DNA of 64,000 nucleotides from a virus: IMG/VR virus record IMGVR_UViG_3300035698_017437, positions 77,961 to 141,960 of that record; one strand, 5' to 3'. Shown piece by piece: positions 56,012 to 64,000 of this stretch (position 1 is its first letter; each line of letters starts with the position of its first letter). The notes under the pieces were generated by a model. It saw only the letters and a program-made list of their open reading frames with translations, ran no database searches and was not told where the DNA came from. The position numbers and the translations under genes were made by a program.

Positions 56012-59000
56012 ATGACAATAAATTTAAATAGATCTCCATACTTTGACGACTATGATAGTAATAAGAAATTTCATAGGATCCTTTTCAGACCTTCATTTGC
56101 GGTTCAAGCCAGAGAGTTGACACAACAACAAACAATACTCCAAGAACAATTGAAAAGATTTAGTGACCATATTTTCAAAAATGGTGCTATGGTCATACCC
56201 GGACAAGTTACATATGATACAACTTATAGATATGTAAAACTTGATACCCTTTATAATTCTATTGAAGTAGACCTATCCCAATTTTTAGGTTATGAAGTCA
56301 TAGGAGAAACTTCAGGAGTCACAGGCGAGGTTGTAAATGCTTCCGATCTTGAAGATTCAGATCCTAAAACTCTTTATATCAAATTACTGAACTCTGGCAA
56401 TGGAGGACATGAATCATTTCTTGATGGAGAAGATCTCCTAAGAGTTGATGATAACGCTTTCAAATGTAAAGTTATTGGATCTATAGGAAACCCAACTTAT
56501 GTTTCCTCAGGTAAAAGTGCCTCCTCATCCATAGATAAAGGCGTTTATTATATTAACGGATTCTATGTCAATGTTGATACTCAAACAATAGTTATTAGCA
56601 AATACACAAATACACCTACAATAAAGGTTGGTCTTCGTCTTATTGAACAAATTATAGATGAAAATGATGATACATCTTTAGTAGATAATGCTCAAGGATC
56701 TTATAATTATGCGGCACCTGGAGCACATAGATATAAAATAGATCTGAAATTGGAATATATTGAAGATGGAGAGGAAATAGGAAATGATTTCATTGAACTT
56801 CAATCAATAGATAATGGAACTCTTATAAATGAAATTCGCACCTCAGAATATAATGAACTAGAGAAAACTTTTGCTAGAAGAACTTTTGATGAGTCTGGAG
56901 ATTATACAGTTTCTCCTTTCAATCTAGTAACTAAAGAACATCTTCTTGATCCTGCCGATCCTTATTATGTTGATGGTAAATGGTTACTAGCAGATAATGG
57001 AGATGAAACTAAAATAGCCTTTGGTCTTGAACCAGGAAAAGCTTATGTTAGAGGTTTTGAAAGAAATAAATTAGCAACCTCTTGGATTGAATCCAATAAA
57101 GCAAGAACTACAGACACCAATAACAATTCTGTAATCAATTTCAATATTGGTCAATATATCTATGTGAAAGATGTTTTCAAAGTTTCAGAATTGAACAAAT
57201 ATTCAACTCTATCCTTGAGAGATACCATATCAACTGCTGGTAATATAGCAGGAGCAATTATTGGAACTTGTAGAGGTAGAGCTATCCAACTAGTTGATAA
57301 AACTAATAATGATGGAACTGTTCCCGAATATGTTTACAGACTATACATATTTGATGTCTCCTTGAACGAAGGCTCTTCTTGGAGCGACGTTCTTTGGATA
57401 AGTGACTCAACAGACGCAGGACAATTCACTTGTGATCCTACAGTAGGCGATAATTATATTGATGATTCATTGATGATTCATGAGCCAGCTAATAAAGAAT
57501 CTGTATTTCTTCTTCCAGACAATTTCATATCTACATTGAAACCTGAAGGAATAAATGATACAACATATACAGTAACAAAAACTTTTGATGGTCCTTCTGT
57601 TCTTGGAGATGAAATAACCTTACCCGCTGGATCAAATGCTGTATTTGATACTTTCAATGGACTAAATTATATTGTTTATAATATGGATGCGGCCACTACA
57701 GATTTAGCATTTATTGAAATCGCTGTAGATGATGTGGTAGGAGCAGGTACAGGGACAGTCACTATTGATTGTTCAACTGATGGACTAGATGGATCTACTA
57801 ATGTAAGAGTTGTTGCTCCTGTTATCAAACAAATTTCAAGTGAAAGAACAAAAACAATAGTTACAATACAAAGTGTTATAACATATCCAAACACAATTCA
57901 AGGATTATCAGATTCTTTAGATAGAGCTGATGGTATAAAAATAAATGCTATCTATATGTCCGATAGTTTTGGAACTCCAGCTATTAATACAGATATTGAT
58001 ATCTCCGATAGATATATTTTTGATAATGGACAAAGGGATGCTGTTTATGATCTTGCTAATATATCATTATCTCCTGGTGAGATTTCTCCAAAAGGAGATT
58101 TATTAGTTGATTGGAATTATTATAATCATAGCGCAGGAGATTTCTGTTCTGTTGATTCTTATCCTATATCTGGAGCTGTAGGAGAAGATTATAAAGATAT
58201 TCCAGTATTTTATTCTTCTGATGGAGTTTATCCCCTTAGAGATTGTATTGATTTTCGTCCAGTTATTGATTCTACAGGACTAGATTTTGATGGTGTTGGT
58301 GGCGTTTATGGAGAACTTCCTGTACCAAAATCCAATATTAGATCTGATTATGAATATTACTTGGATAGAATAGATAAATTGTATATTGATTATGCCGGAC
58401 AATTTCATATTATAGAAGGTAATCCTTCTCCTTTTCCTACACCACCTAAATCTCCTAATGATGGAATGGTTTTGTATGAAATTTATATGACTGGATATAC
58501 ATCTTCTGTGAAATCCGTTTCTCCAGTATTCCAAGATAATAAACGTTATACTATGAGAGATATTGGAAATCTTGAAACAAGAATTTATGATCTTGAGTAT
58601 TACACATCTTTGAGTCTTTTAGAAAGAGAAACCGCTCAAATGACAATCAAAGATGATGCTGGTCTGGATAGATTCAAGAATGGTTTTATTGTTGAACCTT
58701 TCTCTTCCCATTCTATTGGAGAAGCAGGACATAAAGATTATATTTGTTCTATTGATCCTGGTGCGGGAATTATGCGTCCAGCGTTCTCTTCAGACTCAAT
58801 TTCTCTTGAATTTGATTCCACAAACTCTATAGATGTAACTAAAACAGGAGCTTTGATTACTTTACCTTATACAAGTGTAAATGTTATTACTCAAAATTTA
58901 GCCTCTACTCATGAAAATGTGAATCCATTTGCTGTTAGAGTTTATGATGGTATGATTACTTTCAATCCAGATTCCGATGATTGGTATGATACAACAAAAA

Positions 59001-61789
59001 ATGGAGAATTGATAGTAAATAATGATGCCCATTATGAAGCTCTTTCTTTTATTGCTGATAATGGTAAAGGACTCAATGGAGTTGAGTGGGATGCATGGGA
59101 AACTCTTTGGTCCTCTTCTTCCAGTAGTTCCTCTTCTTCTCTTGTTAGTAGACGAGATACTGGAATTTCTCATGACGAAGGTTGGTTACAAAGCTCCACT
59201 TCAACAATAACAACCACAACTACAGCACAAGAAAGAACTGGAACAGATACAACACATTCAACATCTACTGTAAATGTTCCCATGGGAGATAGAACTGTAG
59301 GAATAAATTATATTCCATATATGAGAACTATTCCTGTCCTTGTGAAAGTTGAGAATATGAAACCAACTACTCAAGTATATCCTTTCTTTGATGATATTGA
59401 TGTTATTGATTATTGTATTCCTTCAATAAAGGTTCTTGTAGAAAATAAATCTGGAACTTTTGATTATAGATCTTACAAAGAAGAATTGATAACAACTGAT
59501 GTGGCTTATTCTGCTTCAGGAACAGAAAAAAGGGATTTCCCTCTTGATGTTCCATTAGCAACTATTGTTTTGAATTCTGATAATGAAATCTATATGGTAA
59601 ACTGGAATGGATTAGGATTTACCGATGTTGATACAATATATGGAGTAACTTCTGGAGTGACAGCCGAAATAACTACCTCTGCGGCTTTTACTGTTCCTGG
59701 TGAGGAGTTATGGTTAGATGATAAAGGTAGGATTGCTCTTATTTTCAATATACCTAATGATGATGTGTTGAAATTCAGAACTGGAGAAAGAGAATTTATT
59801 CTTTCAGATCAAGTCAATAATACTGAATCAAATCAAACTGGTGCCAACGGATTATTCAAATCTCAAGGTTCTATGTTACAACAAGAAGGGACTGTATTAT
59901 CAACAAAAACTATTAGATTCAATCAAGAACCCCTGTCTCAAAACAGAACCCTTGTCTCTACATCCTCAAGTAGTTCTGCTGGTGATTGGTTTGATCCTCT
60001 TGCTCAAACTTTCTTGATTGAAGAATATGGTGGATGTTTTATTACTAAATGTGATATCTTTTTTCAACAAAAAGCTACTTCTCTTCCTGTACAATTTCAA
60101 ATCAGGGAAGTTGTAAATGGATATCCCGGACAAATAATTTTACCTTATTCTGAAGTAACAATATATCCAGAAAATATTACTATTTCTGCTGATGCTTCTG
60201 AACCAACTTCTTTTGAAATGTCCTCTCCTGTTTATCTCCAACAAGGTGTTGAATATTGCTTTGTTGTTATGTCAGATTCTTTTGATTATAATGTTTGGGT
60301 TGGAGAATTAGGACAAGTAGATGTTACTAATGGAGATATGATTTCAAAACAACCTTATAATGGAGTTTTATTCAAATCTCAAAATGCCTCTACTTGGACA
60401 GCAAATCAACAACAAGATATGAAGTTTACTTTATATAAAGCTAAATTTGAAGTTGAAACATTTGAAGGTTCTGGAATTCCCCTTATCGGACAAACTTTAT
60501 TAGTAAATGAAGATGTTCCAGATGATCTTCTTCTTTTGAATCCAATTGAAACATTTATTAATTCTCAAACAATAAGAATAAATCACTTTGCTCATGGAAT
60601 GAGTGAAGGATCAACTGTAGATATCCAAGGTCTAGTTGACCTAACAACTTATAATAATATTCTCGGATCAGATATCAATGGAGAAAGAATAATCTCCAAT
60701 GTTGAATATGACTCATATACTGTTATTACTAGTGGAGTAAACTTAGCAACAGATTCAGGTAAAACTGGCGGAAATACCGTAACAGCTTCTAGAAATATTC
60801 AATTAGATGTTGTTAGACCTAATATTGCCGAACTTATATTACCAGGCACTAATAATATTTGGTGTTTGAAACCAACTACAGGAAAATCAATAAATGGAAC
60901 TCAAACTCCATATAATGTATATTCTTCATATTATGGCGTGAATGTTGTTGAAAATAATAATATGATTGTTCCGATGGTTGTAGCTTCTCCCGAAAACGAA
61001 ATTGTTGAAGCAACAGGAAAAACTCTTACTATGAAATCCCTAATGACTTCTGATAATAGAAATTTATCTCCTGTTATTGATACAAATAGAATATCTTGTA
61101 TTGGAATTGCTAATAGAATTGATAGTCCTGTTTTAGATACCGAAAGTTCTGTTGATAATCTAACAACAACAAATACTCTAAGTGATGTTGTGGTATCCCA
61201 TACCGCTCATGGAATCGCTTCAGGTGCTTCAATAAATGTAACAGCGTTAGCAGATATAGGAGGAATATTAGCAAATGAATTATCAGGAACTTTTATTATC
61301 AATAGAATAAATGATAATTCTTATTCCTACACTTCTAATGGAACAGCAACATCAACAATATCAGGAGATGGAAGTATAGTTTATTCCACTTCTCATTATA
61401 AATATTTACCAGAATCAGAAAATGTTGGTTGTGCTTCTTCTGCTAGATATATAACAAAGAAAATTGGTCTAGAAGATCCTGCCATTGGAGCAAGAATAAT
61501 TCTATCTGCTGTTATTATGGATAGATCTGAAATTGAAATTTGGTATAGAAAACAAGGTCCCTATGATACAGGATTATTTGAAGATATTCCATGGACTTTA
61601 GTTGATGCTCCTGATGTGTTTGTTCCTCTATCTGAATCAGCAACAGATTGTAGAGAATATGAATATTCATTAGAATTTACTGAAGCGGAAGAATTTACTG
61701 GCATTGCTTTGAAACTTGTAATGAAATCTATTGATTCAACTAGAATTCCAACATTCAATGACCTGAGAGTTATTTGTTTAGGATCATAA
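56012..61789 (+). CDS. Large virion structural protein (DUF4815/VrlC-like)
   Basis: PYFDDYD..K.F.RILFRP..AVQARELTQ.QTILQ; RRTFDESGDY.V; YTMRDIG.LE.RI; DPLAQTF; SQNASTW. Confidence 0.85.
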   Translation: MTINLNRSPYFDDYDSNKKFHRILFRPSFAVQARELTQQQTILQEQLKRFSDHIFKNGAMVIPGQVTYDTTYRYVKLDTLYNSIEVDLSQFLGYEVIGETSGVTGEVVNASDLEDSDPKTLYIKLLNSGNGGHESFLDGEDLLRVDDNAFKCKVIGSIGNPTYVSSGKSASSSIDKGVYYINGFYVNVDTQTIVISKYTNTPTIKVGLRLIEQIIDENDDTSLVDNAQGSYNYAAPGAHRYKIDLKLEYIEDGEEIGNDFIELQSIDNGTLINEIRTSEYNELEKTFARRTFDESGDYTVSPFNLVTKEHLLDPADPYYVDGKWLLADNGDETKIAFGLEPGKAYVRGFERNKLATSWIESNKARTTDTNNNSVINFNIGQYIYVKDVFKVSELNKYSTLSLRDTISTAGNIAGAIIGTCRGRAIQLVDKTNNDGTVPEYVYRLYIFDVSLNEGSSWSDVLWISDSTDAGQFTCDPTVGDNYIDDSLMIHEPANKESVFLLPDNFISTLKPEGINDTTYTVTKTFDGPSVLGDEITLPAGSNAVFDTFNGLNYIVYNMDAATTDLAFIEIAVDDVVGAGTGTVTIDCSTDGLDGSTNVRVVAPVIKQISSERTKTIVTIQSVITYPNTIQGLSDSLDRADGIKINAIYMSDSFGTPAINTDIDISDRYIFDNGQRDAVYDLANISLSPGEISPKGDLLVDWNYYNHSAGDFCSVDSYPISGAVGEDYKDIPVFYSSDGVYPLRDCIDFRPVIDSTGLDFDGVGGVYGELPVPKSNIRSDYEYYLDRIDKLYIDYAGQFHIIEGNPSPFPTPPKSPNDGMVLYEIYMTGYTSSVKSVSPVFQDNKRYTMRDIGNLETRIYDLEYYTSLSLLERETAQMTIKDDAGLDRFKNGFIVEPFSSHSIGEAGHKDYICSIDPGAGIMRPAFSSDSISLEFDSTNSIDVTKTGALITLPYTSVNVITQNLASTHENVNPFAVRVYDGMITFNPDSDDWYDTTKNGELIVNNDAHYEALSFIADNGKGLNGVEWDAWETLWSSSSSSSSSSLVSRRDTGISHDEGWLQSSTSTITTTTTAQERTGTDTTHSTSTVNVPMGDRTVGINYIPYMRTIPVLVKVENMKPTTQVYPFFDDIDVIDYCIPSIKVLVENKSGTFDYRSYKEELITTDVAYSASGTEKRDFPLDVPLATIVLNSDNEIYMVNWNGLGFTDVDTIYGVTSGVTAEITTSAAFTVPGEELWLDDKGRIALIFNIPNDDVLKFRTGEREFILSDQVNNTESNQTGANGLFKSQGSMLQQEGTVLSTKTIRFNQEPLSQNRTLVSTSSSSSAGDWFDPLAQTFLIEEYGGCFITKCDIFFQQKATSLPVQFQIREVVNGYPGQIILPYSEVTIYPENITISADASEPTSFEMSSPVYLQQGVEYCFVVMSDSFDYNVWVGELGQVDVTNGDMISKQPYNGVLFKSQNASTWTANQQQDMKFTLYKAKFEVETFEGSGIPLIGQTLLVNEDVPDDLLLLNPIETFINSQTIRINHFAHGMSEGSTVDIQGLVDLTTYNNILGSDINGERIISNVEYDSYTVITSGVNLATDSGKTGGNTVTASRNIQLDVVRPNIAELILPGTNNIWCLKPTTGKSINGTQTPYNVYSSYYGVNVVENNNMIVPMVVASPENEIVEATGKTLTMKSLMTSDNRNLSPVIDTNRISCIGIANRIDSPVLDTESSVDNLTTTNTLSDVVVSHTAHGIASGASINVTALADIGGILANELSGTFIINRINDNSYSYTSNGTATSTISGDGSIVYSTSHYKYLPESENVGCASSARYITKKIGLEDPAIGARIILSAVIMDRSEIEIWYRKQGPYDTGLFEDIPWTLVDAPDVFVPLSESATDCREYEYSLEFTEAEEFTGIALKLVMKSIDSTRIPTFNDLRVICLGS

Positions 61790-61790
61790 T

Positions 61791-61976
61791 ATGAATACTT
61801 TTGTAAAGAGTTCCAATGGAGTTGTTATAAATAACAATAAGAATGGTTATAGAGAAGCAAGAAAAATTCGTGAAAATAAACTAAAAAATAAAGAAAGAAT
61901 TGATTCTATGGATGATAGGATTATGTCCATAGAATCTACATTGAACGAAATTCTTTCATTGCTCAAAGATAAATAA
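61791..61976 (+). CDS. Small coiled-coil protein
   Basis: Packed ORF in the structural operon. Confidence 0.65.
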   Translation: MNTFVKSSNGVVINNNKNGYREARKIRENKLKNKERIDSMDDRIMSIESTLNEILSLLKDK

Positions 61977-61978
61977 TT

Positions 61979-62728
61979 ATGGCAATAATAAATACATTAC
62001 CTACAGATATTTTTGATCAATGGAGATCAAAAACCAATGAAGTTGCGTTGTTCCAAGGAGATCTAGTCCTAATAACAACTACCGATAAAACGGATTTAGT
62101 TTCTGCTATCAATGAATTAGATATTGAAATTGGAAATATTTCCAACCTGACTTCAACAGTAACAACAGATATTACCTTAGCAATAAATAGTGTAAAATCA
62201 GAGGTTGATTCTAATCTTTCCGATATTGGAGATATATCTTCCCTAAATACTGATGATAAAACAAATCTGGTTTTATCTCTAAATGAAGTTGATTCAAATG
62301 TCAATTCCAATCTTGTTGATATTGGAGATATTTCAGGACTAACTCCTGATGCCGACACTAATTTAGTTGTTGCTATAAATGAAGTAGATTTACATACCGA
62401 CGATAACACATCAAATATAGGAACTTTAGAAGATCTGACAACAACTAACAAATCGGATTTAGTTGTTTCTATAAATGAAGTAGATTTACATACCGACGAT
62501 AACACATCAAATATAGGAACTTTAGAAGATCTGACAACAACTAACAAATCGGATTTAGTTGTTTCTATAAATGAAGTAGATTTACATACTGATACCAATA
62601 TAACTAATATTGGAACTATCGGAGATCTGACAACAACAGCAACAAATTTAGTTGATGCTGTAAATGAACTAAACTCTGTTGCCTCTCCTGAAGAATCATC
62701 CATAATATATGCTATAGCTTTAGGATAA
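61979..62728 (+). CDS. Fibre/whisker-like protein with 32-aa IG.L..LTT..K..LV.AINE repeats
   Basis: FDQWRSKTN N-terminus, ~7 repeats, AIALG C-terminus. Confidence 0.75.
   Translation: MAIINTLPTDIFDQWRSKTNEVALFQGDLVLITTTDKTDLVSAINELDIEIGNISNLTSTVTTDITLAINSVKSEVDSNLSDIGDISSLNTDDKTNLVLSLNEVDSNVNSNLVDIGDISGLTPDADTNLVVAINEVDLHTDDNTSNIGTLEDLTTTNKSDLVVSINEVDLHTDDNTSNIGTLEDLTTTNKSDLVVSINEVDLHTDTNITNIGTIGDLTTTATNLVDAVNELNSVASPEESSIIYAIALG
62373..62589 (+). repeat. Perfect 96-bp tandem duplication (about 2.3 copies)
   Basis: Identical units starting at 62373, 62469 and 62565. Confidence 0.9.
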
Positions 62729-62744
62729 AATAAAAGGATAAAAA

Positions 62745-63077
62745 ATGGCTAGTGAATTTATAAATGTAACAGAAAGAGGAATCGTAGCAGAAACTACCGT
62801 ATATGGTCCTGTTGCCGCATCAACATCCGCAGTTGTTATTGGATCTACAATAGCCAATACATCTGGCGAAACAGTAAGTGTAACCGTAAGATTGAATGAT
62901 ACTGTAAATAATACATATCTCGTTCCTTCTGGCACACCTATTGAAGTAGGATCATCCCTAGTATTTTCTGGCGGAGATCAAAAAATAGTATTGACTACAG
63001 GAGATTCCATCAAAGTGGATTGTGAAACCGCTGGCGGAACTGTAGATGTAATGCTTTCTATTCTTGAACTAACATAA
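62745..63077 (+). CDS. Virion structural protein
   Basis: IG..IAN......V.V; I..GSSL...GG.QKIVL..GD; D..LSILE. Confidence 0.7.
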   Translation: MASEFINVTERGIVAETTVYGPVAASTSAVVIGSTIANTSGETVSVTVRLNDTVNNTYLVPSGTPIEVGSSLVFSGGDQKIVLTTGDSIKVDCETAGGTVDVMLSILELT

Positions 63078-63087
63078 AGGAAATTCT

Positions 63088-64000
63088 ATGTCAGGATATA
63101 TTGGAGTTACTCCAAAATCTGGTATTTTTCAAAAACTTGATGATATCTCACCTTCTTTCAATGGAAGTATCCAATCTTTCCAATGTTATGTTGGTGCTGT
63201 TTTTGTAAATTTAGGTAAACCAGAAAACCTTATCGTTTCTCTAAATGGCGTTATTCAAGAACCAAGAACAGATTATAATGTTTCTTTTGATGCTATTATA
63301 TTTTCTGTTGCTCCTATAGCTGATGATAATTGTTTTATTATTATGTTAGGTGATGTTGGAAATGTTGATGTTGATCCAACTGCTAATATAGTTTGGGAAT
63401 CAACAAGTATTTCTATTCCTGCTGTTGCTGGATATGGATATATTGCTGATACTTCTGCTACCTCCTTGACATTGACATTACCAGATTCTCCTGTAATTGG
63501 CGATACAATTATGATTGGAGATCTTGCCGGAACATTCAATGAATATAATTGTATTGTTGGAGCTAATGGCAAGAATATAATGGGTTCCTCAGAGAATCTT
63601 GAATTAGACCAAGATGATATCTATATTACTTTGGTTTATACTGGAGACGCAACTCAAGGTTGGAAGAAGACCAGTCCAATTATCCACGACAATAAGCTCT
63701 ATCCACTCCCAGGAAATACATACGTTACTGGTGATATGTATGGACTTGAGTACAGCTATACGTCAGCTAATAGTATCACGGTTGACGCAGGTATCTGCTA
63801 TGACAGCTTGAACACTACGTTGCTCACTGGATCAGCTTCTCAAGTGGTAACGATTGGCACTGAAATTAATGAGATCTACAACCTCTTCCTTTGTGACGAT
63901 GGATTAGTTAAGACTGATACTAATGTTGAAGGTACTACGTTGCTTGCTGGTAGTGTTACAGCTTTGAGATGGATTGGGTTTGTTCTTACTGATAGTGCTG
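63088..64000 (+). CDS. Tail-fibre-like protein, 5' part, running off the window
   Basis: AAGGA SD; MSGYIG..P....KLDDIS..FNG; LIVSLNGVIQEP..DY; TLTLP.SP..GD; open to the window end. Confidence 0.75.
   Translation, partial: MSGYIGVTPKSGIFQKLDDISPSFNGSIQSFQCYVGAVFVNLGKPENLIVSLNGVIQEPRTDYNVSFDAIIFSVAPIADDNCFIIMLGDVGNVDVDPTANIVWESTSISIPAVAGYGYIADTSATSLTLTLPDSPVIGDTIMIGDLAGTFNEYNCIVGANGKNIMGSSENLELDQDDIYITLVYTGDATQGWKKTSPIIHDNKLYPLPGNTYVTGDMYGLEYSYTSANSITVDAGICYDSLNTTLLTGSASQVVTIGTEINEIYNLFLCDDGLVKTDTNVEGTTLLAGSVTALRWIGFVLTDSA

Noticed and set aside
62017-62703. Long antisense or alternate-frame ORFs over repeat genes (also 9144-9521, 23835-24194, 42323-42730, 44345-44857)
   Set aside because: Shadow ORFs arising from repeats and codon bias, with no SD or motif support
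1-64000. Stop-codon reassignment
   Set aside because: Core genes are intact in code 11 and end with TAA, TAG and TGA; no suppressor anticodon was found (the Sec-like tRNA reads UCA)

Overview
A 64 kb, AT-rich segment of a large T4-like myovirus genome, read in the standard genetic code. Positions 1-27 kb are an accessory/early region. It holds about 13 tRNA genes plus several aberrant tRNA-like and structured non-coding RNAs, including a 6S-like RNA and a ~300-nt RNA directly behind a coiled-coil gene. It also holds repeated sigma70 promoter/stem-loop/RBS cassettes, an RNA ligase, a restriction endonuclease-methyltransferase pair, nucleotidyltransferases, RuvC and an RNase H split by an antisense GIY-YIG endonuclease. 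Further genes there include an ArfA-like peptide next to a RelA/SpoT-type HD hydrolase, a lasso-type RiPP leader peptide and a PEP-CTERM protein. Positions 27.5-35.6 kb hold virion/fibre-like genes, two of them frameshifted. Positions 36-41 kb hold a cell-wall hydrolase, gp33, gp59, RtcB and gp32. Positions 41-64 kb are the T4-type tail/baseplate module: tape measure, gp51, 26, 54-like, 2, 4, 48, 53, hub, 5, 25, 6, 7, 8, a large structural protein and fibre genes. All family calls come from motif recognition by eye; no database search was run.
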